Positions 1-13,386 of a stretch of DNA of 64,000 bases are shown in pieces. Position 1 is the first letter of the stretch. Each line of letters starts with the position of its first letter. The stretch covers positions 1-64,000 of the forward strand of contig JAUCBJ010008126.1 of NCBI GenBank assembly GCA_032718475.1, in the 5' to 3' direction. The stretch comes from Nemertoderma westbladi (Eukaryota > Animalia > Xenacoelomorpha). The notes under the pieces were generated by a model. The model ran no database searches. It was not told the origin of the DNA and saw only the letters and a list, made by a program, of their open reading frames with translations. A program made the position numbers and the translations under genes.

Positions 1-2911
1 AAACCTACCATAGTTAGGTAACTAAACCTACCATAGTTAGGTAACTAAACCTACCATAGTTAGGTTACTATGAACCTCCCAATAGTTAGGTAACTAAACT
101 TACCATACTTAGGTTATATAAACTCCCAATGGTTAGGTAACTAAACCTACCATAGTTAGGTAACTAAACCTACCATAGTTAGGTTATATGAACTCCCAAT
201 AGTTAGGTAACTAAACCTACCATAGTTAGGTTATATAAACTCCCAATAGTTAGGTAACTAAACCTACCATAGTTAGGTTATATAAACTCCCAATAGTTAG
301 GTAACTAAACCTACCATAGTTAGGTAACTAAACCTACCATAGTTAGGTTATACTAAACTCCCAATAGTTAGGTAACTAAACCTACCATAGTTAGGTAACT
401 AAACCTACCATAGTTAGGTAACTAAACCTACCATAGTTAGGTTATATAAACTCCCAATAGTTAGGTAACTAAACCTACCATAGTTAGGTAACTAAACCTA
501 CCATAGTTAGGTAACTAAACCTCCATAGTTAGGTAACTAAACCTACCATAGTTAGGTAACTAAACCTACCATAGTTAGGTAACTAAACCTACCATAGTTA
601 GGTAACTAAACCTACCATAGTTAGGTAACTAAACCTACCATAGTTAGGTTATATAAACTCCCAATAGTTAGGTAACTAAACCTACCATAGTTAGGTTATA
701 TAAACTCCCAATAGTTAGGTAACTAAACCTACCATAGTTAGGTTATATAAACTCCCAATAGTTAGGTAACTAAACCTACCATAGTTAGGTAACTAAACCT
801 ACCATAGTTAGGTAACTAAACTACCATAGTTAGGTAACTAAACCTACCATAGTTAGGTAACTAAACCTACCATAGTTAGGTAACTAAACCTACCATAGTT
901 AGGTTATATAAACTCCCAATAGTTAGGTAACTAAACCTACCATAGTTAGGTAACTAAACCTACCATAGTTAGGTAACTAAACCTACCATAGTTAGGTAAC
1001 TAAACCTACCATAGTTAGGTAACTAAACCTACCATAGTTAGGTAACTAAACCTACCATAGTTAGGTAACTAAACCTACCATAGTTAGGTAACTAAACCTA
1101 CCATAGTTAGGTAACTAAACCTACCATAGTTAGGTTATATAAACTCCCAATAGTTAGGTAACTAAACTTACCATACTTAGGTTATATAAACTCCCAATGG
1201 TTAGGTAACTAAACCTACCATAGTTAGGTAACTAAACCTACCATAGTTAGGTTATATGAACTCCCAATAGTTAGGTAACTAAACCTACCATAGTTAGGTT
1301 ATATAATCTCCCAATAGTTAGGTAACTAAACCTACCATAGTTAGGTTATATAAACTCCCAATAGTTAGGTAACTAAACCTACCATAGTTAGGTAACTAAA
1401 CCTACCATAGTTAGGTAACTAAACCTACCATAGTTAGGTAACTAACTACTACTAGGATCGGCATGCTGCATTGCAGCTGCATTTTTAAGAATGCTGTGCC
1501 GGCTTACTAAACCTAACCTAACCTAAAGGTAACTAAACCTACCATAGTTAGGTAACTAAACCTACCATAGTTAGGTAACTAAACCTACCATAGTTAGGTA
1601 ACTAAACCTACCATAGTTAGGTAACTAAACCTACCATAGTTAGGTAACTAAACCTACCATAGTTAGGTAACTAAACCTACCATAGTTAGGTAACTAAACC
1701 TACCATACTTAGGTTATATAAACTCCCAATGGTTAGGTAACTAAACCTACCATAGTTAGGTTATATAAACTCCCAATAGTTAGGTAACTAAACCTACCAT
1801 AGTTAGGTAACTAAACCTACCATAGTTAGGTAACTAAACCTACCATAGTTAGGTAACTAAACCTACCATAGTTAGGTAACTAAACCTACCATAGTTAGGT
1901 AACTAAACCTACCATACTTAGGTTATATAAACTCCCAATAGTTATGTAACTAAACCTACCATAGTTAGGTAACTAAACCTACCATAGTTAGGTAACTAAA
2001 CCTACCATAGTTAGGTAACTAAACCTACCATAGTTAGGTAACTAAACCTACCATAGTTAGGTATCTAAACCTACCATAGTTAGGTAACTAAACCTACCAT
2101 AGTTAGGTAACTAAACCTACCATACTTAGGTTATATAAACTCCCAATGGTTAGGTAACTAAACCTACCATAGTTAGGTTATATAATCTCCCAATAGTTAG
2201 GTAACTAAACCTACCATAGTTAGGTTATATAAACTCCCAATAGTTAGGTAACTAAACTTACCATAGTTAGGTAACTAAACCTACCATAGTTAGGTAACTA
2301 AACCTACCATAGTTAGGTAACTAAACCTACCATAGTTAGGTAACTAAACCTACCATAGTTAGGTAACTAAACCTACCATAGTTAGGTAACTAAACCTACC
2401 ATAGTTAGGTAACTAAACCTACCATACTTAGGTTATATAAACTCCCAATAGTTATGTAACTAAACCTACCATAGTTAGGTTATATAATCTCCCAATAGTT
2501 AGGTAACTAAACCTACCATAGTTTAGTTAGGTAACTAAACCTACCATAGTTAGGTAACTAAACCTACCATACTTAGGTTATATAAACTCCCAATAGTTAT
2601 GTAACTAAACCTACCATAGTTAGGTTATATAATCTCCCAATAGTTAGGTAACTAAACCTACCATAGTTTAGTTAGGTAACTAAACCTACCATAGTTAGGT
2701 AACTAACCTACCATACTTAGGTTATATAAACTCCCAATAGTTATGTAACTAAACCTACCATAGTTAGGTTATATAATCTCCCAATAGTTAGGTAACTAAA
2801 CCTACCATAGTTAGGTAACTAAACCTACCATAGTTAGGTTATATAAACTCCCAATAGTTATGTAACTAAACCTACCATAGTTAGGTTATATAATCTCCCA
2901 ATAGTTAGGTA
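1..2911. repeat. 23/24-bp minisatellite, block 1 (AGTTAGGTAACTAAACCTACCAT; variant AGTTAGGTTATATAAACTCCCAAT), open at window start
   Basis: Tandem units read directly. Two unit types are interspersed, and the array is interrupted at ~1445-1526. Confidence 0.97.
1445..1505 (-). mobile_element. Severely 5'-truncated (~60 bp) copy of the RTE LINE 3' end, inserted in the minisatellite
   Basis: ACTACTACTAGGATCGGCATGCTGCATTGCAGCTGCATTTTTAAGAATGCTGTGCCGGCTT is identical to ~21988-22048, the tail and 3' UTR of the long RTE copy. Confidence 0.93.
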
Positions 2912-3005
2912 GCTTCCCATTATGTTGTGGCCAGCCTGTGCTACGAATACTGTAGGTCACTATAGGTACTAAGTGTATTATGTTAATAAATTGTCCTTTA
3001 ACTAG

Positions 3006-3197
3006 GCGAAGCTAGTTAAGAAACGAGGCGGCAAAATTAACAAAGAGTTACGTAAACAGTTAAAAGAAGATATAGAAGAGTGGAAGACGACAAGAACTAT
3101 AAAACAACGTAATGAATTAGCCGTAGAAATGAAAGAGAAATACCTAGAAACGAAAGACAAGAAAGGGTTCCGAAGTTTTTTCAGGAAACAAAAATGA
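3006..3197 (+). CDS. Putative terminal coding exon (63 aa, AKLVKKRGGKINKELRKQLKEDIEEWK...FRSFFRKQK*), probably a divergent alternative last exon of the SNAP-25-like gene
   Basis: Acceptor TTGTCCTTTAACTAG|G in phase 0, open frame to TGA at 3195-3197, AATAAA at 3237-3242. The first 19 aa share L3, K5, R7, N12, K17 and L19 in register with the exon at 12271. Confidence 0.55.
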   Translation, partial: AKLVKKRGGKINKELRKQLKEDIEEWKTTRTIKQRNELAVEMKEKYLETKDKKGFRSFFRKQK

Positions 3198-3890
3198 TCT
3201 TTGTAAAATGGAAAAAGGTGAAGGAAACACAAACGAAATAAAAACTGCCTGTTTTTATTTACTCATTGGCCTACTGATATAGTCAATGGAAATTATTTCC
3301 TAAAATCAGATGGGGAGGAGGGTAGGGGGGGGGGGGGGGGTGGGGTTATCCAATTTAAATTCATCCTTCTCAAGGGGAAATGAGAGCATAAGTGAAACTG
3401 AAACCTGTTGTATTAGCTTTAGTTTATTGTTTTGGTTAGAATAACCGCTGTTATCTGCTCCTTTACCGTTTCACCTTTTCTGCTCATTATCTTTATCCCG
3501 ACATTTGCGACTAATTTCTTTGGACTATTGTGCGTGGTCGGGATTTGTAAGACTTGACGACGTCTTTAATTAACGAATTGTTGAGTTGAAATGATATGAT
3601 TTCACAATAATGATGGATTCTACCAATTAACAATTATACCTAATTATACCAATATATTATATCTGTTTTGCTGAATAGATAAACTTTTACAATCATTAAT
3701 TAGTGAATAATTTAATCCAAACTACTGTGACTTAGTGTCCTATTCGAAAATATGCTTAAAAGAATAATTAACAATTGGATTAAATATTCTTTATGTATGT
3801 CTTTTTCTTACTATAAGAAATTCAATAATAGTAACTTGTAAAATTTTAATCGGCAAGTTATCTGATAAATTGGAAGCTAGGGATGGGCAG

Positions 3891-5908
3891 CTTACGATGG
3901 TTAGGAAACGAATCTTACGATAGTTAGGTAACTAAACCTACTATAGTTAGGTAACTAAACCTACCATAGTTAGGTAACTAAACCTACCATAGTTAGGTAA
4001 CTAAACCTACTATAGTTAGGTAACTAAACCTACCATAGTTAGGTAACTCAACCTACCATAGTTAGGTAACTAAACCTACTATAGTTAGGTAACTAAACCT
4101 GCCATAGTTAGGTAACTCAACCTACCATAGTTAGGTAACTAAACCTACCGTAGTTAGGTAACTAAACCTACCATAGTTAGGTAACTAAACCTACCATAGT
4201 TAGGTAACTAAACCTACCATAGTTAGGTAACTAAACCTACCATAGTTAGGTAACTAAATCTACCATAGTTAGGTAACTAAACCTACCATAGTTAGGTAAC
4301 TAAACCTAGTATAGTTAGGTAACTAAACCTACCATAGTTAGGTAACTAAACCTACCATAGTTAGGTAACTAAACCTACCATAGTTAGGTAACTAAACCTA
4401 CCATAGTTAGGTAACTAAACCTACCATAGTTAGGTAACTAAATCTACCATAGTTAGGTAACTAAACCTACCATAGTTAGGTAACTAAATCTACCATAGTT
4501 AGGTAACTAAACCTACCATAGTTAGGTAACTAAACCTAGTATAGTTAGGTAACTATACCTACCATAGTTGGGTAACTAAACCTACCATAGTTAGGTAACT
4601 AAACTTACCGTAGTTAGGTAACTAAACCTACCATAGTTAGGTTATATAAACTCCCAATAGTTAGGTAACTAAACTTACCATAGTTAGGTAACTAAACCTA
4701 CCGTAGTTAGGTTATATAAACTCCCAATAGCTAGGTAACTAAACCTACCATAGTTAGGTAACTAGACTTACCATAGTAGTTAGGTAACTAAACTTACCAT
4801 AGTTAGGTAACTAAACCAACCATAGTTAGGTAACTAAACTTACCATAGTTAGGTAACTAAACCTACCATAGTTAGGTAACTAAACCTACCATAGTTAGGT
4901 AACTAAACCTACCATAGTTATGTAACTAAACCTACCATAGTTAGGTATCTAAACCTACCATAGTTAGGTTATATAAACTCCCAATAGTTAGGTAACTAAA
5001 CCTACCGTAGTTAGGTTATATAAACTCCCAATAGTTAGGTAACTAAACCTACCGTAGTTAGGTTATATAAACTCCCAATAGTTAGGTAACTAAACCTACC
5101 ATAGTTAGGTAACTAAACTTACCATAGTTAGGTGACTAAACTTACCATAGTTAGGTAACTAAACTTACCATAGTTAGGTAACTAAACTTACCATAGTTAG
5201 GTAACGAAACCTACCATAGTTAGGTAACTAAACTTACCATAGTTAGGTGACTAAACTTACCATAGTTAGGTAACTAAACCTACCATAGTTAGGTTATATG
5301 AACTCCCAATAGTTAGGTAACTAAACCTACCATAGTTAGGTAACTAACTAAACCTACCATAGTTAGGTAACTAAACTTACCATTGTTAGGTAACTAAACT
5401 TACCATAGTTAGGTAACTAAACCTACCATAGTTAGGTAACTAGACTTACCATAGTTAGGTAACGAAACTTACCATAGTTAGGTAACTAAACCTACCATAG
5501 TTAGGTAACTAAACCTACCATAGTTAGGTAACTAAACCTACCATAGTTAGGTAACTAAACCTACCATAGTTAGGTAACTAAACTTACCATTGTTAGGTAA
5601 CGAAACCTACCATAGTTAGGTAACTAGACTTACCATAGTTAGGTAACGAAACTTACCATAGTTAGGTGACTAAACCTACCATAGTTAGGTAACTAAACCT
5701 ACCATAGTTAGGTAACGAAACCTACCATAGTTAGGTAACTAAACCTACCATAGTTAGGTAACTAAACCTACCATAGTTAGGTAACTAAACCTACCATAGT
5801 TAGGTAACTAAACTTACCATAGTTAGGTAACTAAACCTACCATAGTTAGGTAACTAAACCTACCATAGTTAGGTAACTAAACTTACCATTGTTAGGTAAC
5901 GAAACTTA
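3891..5908. repeat. 23/24-bp minisatellite, block 2 (same family and orientation as 1-2911, more point variants)
   Basis: Same unit read directly. The first units are degenerate (CTTACGATGGTTAGGAAACGAAT). Confidence 0.96.
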
Positions 5909-6079
5909 CTCTTATTTATAAACTTAGAATAATTATAATATTTAGTATAATTAACTGGTATAATTTAGAGTACAACTTTTAAAAATCTTTGGTTTTCTAT
6001 TGGTGCGTTTGTACACTAGCTGAGACTCTCATAATACTGTAATAATATTATATAATGCAAAACTGTTACTACAGTTTGC

Positions 6080-9000
6080 TTTAATGAAACATATAACGCG
6101 TGTATGTGTGGGGTACCTACTCTTATTTAATGAAACATATATAACGCGTGTATGTGTGGGGTACCTACTCTTATTTAATGAAACATATATAACGCGTGTA
6201 TGTGTGGGGTACCTACTCTTATTTAATGAAACATATATAACGCGTGTATGTGTGGGGTACCTACTCTTATTTAATGAAACATATATAACGCGTGTATGTG
6301 TGGGGTACCTACTCTTATTTAATGAAACATATATAACGCGTGTATGTGTGGGGTACCTACTCTTATTTAATGAAACATATATAACGCGTGTATGTGTGGG
6401 GTACCTACTCTTATTTAATGAAACATATATAACGCGTGTATGTGTGGGGTACCTACTCTTATTTAATGAAACATATATAACGCGTGTATGTGTGGGTACC
6501 TACTCTTATTTAATGAAACATATATAACGCGTGTATGTGTGGGGTACCTACTCTTATTTAATGAAACATATATAACGCGTGTATGTGTGGGGTACCTACT
6601 CTTATTTAATGAAACATATATAACGCGTGTATGTGTGGGGTACCTACTCTTATTTAATGAAACATATATAACGCGTGTATGTGTGGGGTACCTACTCTTA
6701 TTTAATGAAACATATATAACGCGTGTATGTGTGGGGTACCTACTCTTATTTAATGAAACATATATAACGCGTGTATGTGTGGGGTACCTACTCTTATTTA
6801 ATGAAACATATATAACGCGTGTATGTGTGGGGTACCTACTCTTATTTAATGAAACATATATAACGCGTGTATGTGTGGGTACCTACTCTTATTTAATGAA
6901 ACATATATAACGCGTGTATGTGTGGGGTACCTACTCTTATTTAATGAAACATATATAACGCGTGTATGTGTGGGGTACCTACTCTTATTTAATGAAACAT
7001 ATATAACGCGTGTATGTGTGGGTACCTACTCTTATTTAATGAAACATATATAACGCGTGTATGTGTGGGGTACCTACTCTTATTTAATGAAACATATATA
7101 ACGCGTGTATGTGTGGGTACCTACTCTTATTTAATGAAACATATATAACGCGTGTATGTGTGGGGTACCTACTCTTATTTAATGAAACATATATAACGCG
7201 TGTATGTGTGGGGTACCTACTCTTATTTAATGAAACATATATAACGCGTGTATGTGTGGGGTACCTACTCTTATTTAATGAAACATATATAACGCGTGTA
7301 TGTGTGGGGTACCTACTCTTATTTAATGAAACATATATAACGCGTGTATGTGTGGGGTACCTACTCTTATTTAATGAAACATATATAACGCGTGTATGTG
7401 TGGGGTACCTACTCTTATTTAATGAAACATATATAACGCGTGTATGTGTGGGGTACCTACTCTTATTTAATGAAACATATATAACGCGTGTATGTGTGGG
7501 GTACCTACTCTTATTTAATGAAACATATATAACGCGTGTATGTGTGGGGTACCTACTCTTATTTAATGAAACATATATAACGCGTGTATGTGTGGGGTAC
7601 CTACTCTTATTTAATGAAACATATATAACGCGTGTATGTGTGGGGTACCTACTCTTATTTAATGAAACATATATAACGCGTGTATGTGTGGGGTACCTAC
7701 TCTTATTTAATGAAACATATATAACGCGTGTATGTGTGGGGTACCTACTCTTATTTAATGAAACATATATAACGCGTGTATGTGTGGGGTACCTACTCTT
7801 ATTTAATGAAACATATATAACGCGTGTATGTGTGGGGTACCTACTCTTATTTAATGAAACATATATAACGCGTGTATGTGTGGGGTACCTACTCTTATTT
7901 AATGAAACATATATAACGCGTGTATGTGTGGGGTACCTACTCTTATTTAATGAAACATATATAACGCGTGTATGTGTGGGGTACCTACTCTTATTTAATG
8001 AAACATATATAACGCGTGTATGTGTGGGGTACCTACTCTTATTTAATGAAACATATATAACGCGTGTATGTGTGGGGTACCTACTCTTATTTAATGAAAC
8101 ATATATAACGCGTGTATGTGTGGGGTACCTACTCTTATTTAATGAAACATATATAACGCGTGTATGTGTGGGGTACCTACTCTTATTTAATGAAACATAT
8201 ATAACGCGTGTATGTGTGGGGTACCTACTCTTATTTAATGAAACATATATAACGCGTGTATGTGTGGGGTACCTACTCTTATTTAATGAAACATATATAA
8301 CGCGTGTATGTGTGGGGTACCTACTCTTATTTAATGAAACATATATAACGCGTGTATGTGTGGGGTACCTACTCTTATTTAATGAAACATATATAACGCG
8401 TGTATGTGTGGGGTACCTACTCTTATTTAATGAAACATATATAACGCGTGTATGTGTGGGGTACCTACTCTTATTTAATGAAACATATATAACGCGTGTA
8501 TGTGTGGGGTACCTACTCTTATTTAATGAAACATATATAACGCGTGTATGTGTGGGGTACCTACTCTTATTTAATGAAACATATATAACGCGTGTATGTG
8601 TGGGGTACCTACTCTTATTTAATGAAACATATATAACGCGTGTATGTGTGGGGTACCTACTCTTATTTAATGAAACATATATAACGCGTGTATGTGTGGG
8701 GTACCTACTCTTATTTAATGAAACATATATAACGCGTGTATGTGTGGGGTACCTACTCTTATTTAATGAAACATATATAACGCGTGTATGTGTGGGGTAC
8801 CTACTCTTATTTAATGAAACATATATAACGCGTGTATGTGTGGGGTACCTACTCTTATTTAATGAAACATATATAACGCGTGTATGTGTGGGGTACCTAC
8901 TCTTATTTAATGAAACATATATAACGCGTGTATGTGTGGGGTACCTACTCTTATTTAATGAAACATATATAACGCGTGTATGTGTGGGGTACCTACTCTT

Positions 9001-10197
9001 ATTTAATGAAACATATATAACGCGTGTATGTGTGGGGTACCTACTCTTATTTAATGAAACATATATAACGCGTGTATGTGTGGGGTACCTACTCTTATTT
9101 AATGAAACATATATAACGCGTGTATGTGTGGGGTACCTACTCTTATTTAATGAAACATATATAACGCGTGTATGTGTGGGGTACCTACTCTTATTTAATG
9201 AAACATATATAACGCGTGTATGTGTGGGGTACCTACTCTTATTTAATGAAACATATATAACGCGTGTATGTGTGGGTACCTACTCTTATTTAATGAAACA
9301 TATATAACGCGTGTATGTGTGGGGTACCTACTCTTATTTAATGAAACATATATAACGCGTGTATGTGTGGGGTACCTACTCTTATTTAATGAAACATATA
9401 TAACGCGTGTATGTGTGGGTACCTACTCTTATTTAATGAAACATATATAACGCGTGTATGTGTGGGTACCTACTCTTATTTAATGAAACATATATAACGC
9501 GTGTATGTGTGGGTACCTACTCTTATTTAATGAAACATATATAACGCGTGTATGTGTGGGTACCTACTCTTATTTAATGAAACATATATAACGCGTGTAT
9601 GTGTGGGGTACCTACTCTTATTTAATGAAACATATATAACGCGTGTATGTGTGGGGTACCTACTCTTATTTAATGAAACATATATAACGCGTGTATGTGT
9701 GGGTACCTACTCTTATTTAATGAAACATATATAACGCGTGTATGTGTGGGTACCTACTCTTATTTAATGAAACATATATAACGCGTGTATGTGTGGGTAC
9801 CTACTCTTATTTAATGAAACATATATAACGCGTGTATGTGTGGGTACCTACTCTTATTTAATGAAACATATATAACGCGTGTATGTGTGGGGTACCTACT
9901 CTTATTTAATGAAACATATATAACGCGTGTATGTGTGGGGTACCTACTCTTATTTAATGAAACATATATAACGCGTGTATGTGTGGGGTACCTACTCTTA
10001 TTTAATGAAACATATATAACGCGTGTATGTGTGGGGTACCTACTCTTATTTAATGAAACATATATAACGCGTGTATGTGTGGGTACCTACTCTTATTTAA
10101 TGAAACATATATAACGCGTGTATGTGTGGGGTACCTACTCTTATTTAATGAAACATATATAACGCGTGTATGTGTGGGGTACCTACTCTTATTTAAT
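6080..10197. repeat. Near-perfect 48-bp minisatellite (~86 copies; TTTAATGAAACATATATAACGCGTGTATGTGTGGGGTACCTACTCTTA)
   Basis: Tandem units read directly. After the first unit the only variation seen is GGGG vs GGG. Confidence 0.98.
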
Positions 10198-10375
10198 AAA
10201 ACAACTAATTTATTAAATTTACTAAAATATCTACTATAATTATTGTCAGAGATACAGTATAGCGTTGGGTACTACCGGCCCGGCACTCATACCATAATAA
10301 TTAATTACTGTGGAACGAAATAATTTATATGATAATTTGTTCTGCTAATATTATCAATTGACGTTGTTTATTCAG

Positions 10376-10444
10376 GCTGCGCTCAACAAAACCCGCATTG
10401 ACCGAGCCAACGTGCGGGCTTCCGATATCCTAAAGAACGCTTGA
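10376..10444 (+). CDS. SNAP25: SNAP-25-family terminal exon copy B (AALNKTRIDRANVRASDILKNA*)
   Basis: Acceptor TTGTTTATTCAG|G in phase 0. The peptide aligns without gaps to the SNAP-25 C-terminus ADSNKTRIDEANQRATKML. Stop TGA; AATAAA at 10872. Confidence 0.85.
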   Translation, partial: AALNKTRIDRANVRASDILKNA

Positions 10445-11618
10445 AGGTTTGCCGCAAGCAATCGCAGCGTGACATAACGCGCACAATCCACATAGCTTAA
10501 CGTTATTTATAACGTTATGTATTTATAACGTTATTCATAGCTCATTGAGTACTACTTACTACATACGGTACCATATTAACGTCACGCCCCCAGGTGACAA
10601 CTGTGGTATTTTATATGTACTAGACACTGTTAAGTGAAGTCTATCATGATTGGTCATTGATCTCATTTCCATGGTAATGTGTAATCGGGTAAAAAAATTA
10701 TTCTGTCCAAAATGCCCAATATTTAAATTTTTGTATAACTTTCTTAAACAGTATTTGGGGCTTTTCACTAATTGTCAGCTTATTAAAGAAAATGTCACCT
10801 TAAAATATTTTTTTTTCTAAAAAATCCATCTTTTGTCGGAAGTAAGAGGCAACTAAGTAAATTTTTGTTCCAATAAAAAAAATAATTAATATATTTTATT
10901 CGAAAAATTCAATTTATCCTTTACCATGGAAACAAGTAGGTAAATGACCAGTAATTTAATTGATTTTTAATCAACTTTACTAACTAATAATGTCCGCATC
11001 ACATCAAAAAATCAAGGATACCATTGTCACAAGGGTAATGAATTATTAATATGGTGCCGTCTATATGCGTTATATGGTATTCCACGGCCTAGGCCTGTTC
11101 AAACATCACTATCATTTCGCAGCAAAATCTGTTTAAACCATTTTGTTCTTTGGGCTTCTTATCCACTGGTTATCAACTCAATATTTCAACAGCTTGATTA
11201 ATTACAGCTGACTTACTGTATGTATCATTTGGTGATATCATTACTAATTGTAAGCTTCTGATTGGCTATTATATTGGTCTACTACTACTAATGGTTTGGG
11301 GTCTCAAATCGACTGTTCGACTCAATAATATTAAAACTGAATTAATTTTTTGAGCTACTAAGTAAACAATGTTACATAATATAAAGTAAATAACTATTGT
11401 TTTGTTTATATTATATTCCTTTATATTTTACTATTTAGAATATAATACTTTACAGTCTTTTTTCCCCTTTCTATCAGTTTAATCTAACTTAAAAAAGTTT
11501 TTTTTGTACTTTTTGTAGCTGGTTAATAAATTATATCCCTGTACGTCTGTTAAAAGTTACCTCTCCTGTCAATTAGTTAACAATGTTAAACATACGTCCC
11601 CAAAATTATAGATTCATC

Positions 11619-11710
11619 TATTAAACCAGTCGGTGTTTGTTTATTAAACCAGTCGGTGTTTGTTTATTAAACCAGTCGGTGTTTGTTTATTAAACCAGTC
11701 GGTGTTTGTT
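11619..11710. repeat. Short tandem repeat, 23 bp x4 (TATTAAACCAGTCGGTGTTTGTT)
   Basis: Read directly. Confidence 0.9.
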
Positions 11711-11768
11711 TTTCACAACTATTTTACTTAGTGGTTCAAGGTATCATTTATCATAAATTTTTCTCGGC

Positions 11769-11846
11769 TTGGGTGGAGTCATTCCCATTTGGGATGGAGT
11801 CATTCCCATTTGGGATGGAGTCATTCCCATTTGGGATGGAGTCATT
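11769..11846. repeat. Short tandem repeat, 21 bp x~3.7 (TTGGGATGGAGTCATTCCCAT)
   Basis: Read directly. Confidence 0.88.
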
Positions 11847-12270
11847 CACATTTGAACGATCAAACTGCTTACTTTACTTTCTGTAATTGATATGGTTTCA
11901 TTTGGTAATTTTTCTGCTAAATTATTTACCTCCTGCGTAAATATTATGTGAATTACATAATGAACATTTATTATACCCATCCCATACTACTAGTAACGTA
12001 GCCAAGTATATTAGTGACACATAACTCTGGTGTTTATCAATAAATATAAATATAACAGTACTTCTCTCCGTGTAGGTTACATTATTTGATTCCTAACAAT
12101 TATTAAATATATCCAACATTTATTTGCCAACATTTTAACGCGACTTATTCAATAATATTTCAATTGTAATTAAATAATTATTCAATTAGGTTGATATTTT
12201 ACATTTTTAGTAGATTTATATAAACCCATCGGATTTCACTCACAAACTAAACGTTAACATTTCATTTCAG

Positions 12271-12333
12271 ACGCAACTCAACAAGATGCGTATCGAACAG
12301 GCTAACCAACGGGCGACCAAACTGCTCACCTAG
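12271..12333 (+). CDS. SNAP25: SNAP-25-family terminal exon copy C (TQLNKMRIEQANQRATKLLT*)
   Basis: Acceptor CATTTCATTTCAG|A in phase 0. NKxRIxxANQRATKxL matches the SNAP-25 C-terminus. Stop TAG; AATAAA at 12721. Confidence 0.88.
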   Translation, partial: TQLNKMRIEQANQRATKLLT

Positions 12334-13386
12334 AGGGGCTCTGCGTACATGCTCACTACTCAATATGTGCTGTACGCTCCATCGGAATTAGCTACTCTGT
12401 CTCCCTTATCGGTAAACTCATGGCCGATAAACCGAGACTTTTGTTTCTTTTGTGTGAAATTCACATTAACGACATTCCTTTCTGTGTATTTCGTTTCTCA
12501 TTGCCGCTAAATTATTTTCAGTGGCTATTTGCCATGGTTTATATTTTGGTTGCTATGGTTTACATTGGGTGTAATTAATTATAAGTTTAATTGTTTCGGT
12601 GATTGAGTCAGATTGACACGATCCAATATTTAATTCGTGCAATTATTTCGGTAAGTGGGTAACTTATTATTAGCCTAAACTGTCTTTGATCATATTTATA
12701 AAAATTTAATTTTTCATTATAATAAATTATTGTGTTAGTATCTGTAAATAGGCCTTAGAATATAATTTAATCTCAGTAAGGATGTTTTAATTCTCACCCA
12801 AACTAGTTGAGGTAACGCGTGGGTGTCTCATATATACCACGACACAGTCATTATAGAATGTTTATTAGACAAACAAAAATCATTACTAATCTTATTCATC
12901 TGTTAAAGTTAACTGCCTGTAAATTTGATACATCAAATTGTCTTTGTGAATTGACAATTAATTATTGTTTAGCTGCTAGAAATTATTAGTTAACGTAATT
13001 AATTCGTGTAAATTAATCACAGCGTTTTAAAAAATGTTCGCTTATAGTTTAGAACTGCTTCTACACAGTCAGTTAGTCTTCCAGTTAATTCGGTCAGCTT
13101 CGTAACAAGAACGCGGTATAAATAGTGGATGGAAGACCACACTTTATTGCTTTTTTTTTTCACTGGGTTGTTTTCTCGTGTTATAATATTTCAGATTTAC
13201 TTTGCTATCATCGCTACCCAAACACAGACGCCTCTAGCCGTTCTCATTTACAGTAATAATATAATGTATTTCATTTAGGTATTAGCTCAGTTACCTCGTC
13301 ATATTGTCTACATCTATGGCTATTTTATTTAACTTTTATTTGCTGCGAGTAACAAACAGTCTGTACTGAATAGTTTTACGTATATA

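Noticed and set aside
6084-10114. ORFs with a 16-aa repeat (YLLLFNETYITRVCVG)
   Set aside because: Translation of the 48-bp satellite, freely frameshifted by GGG/GGGG variants.
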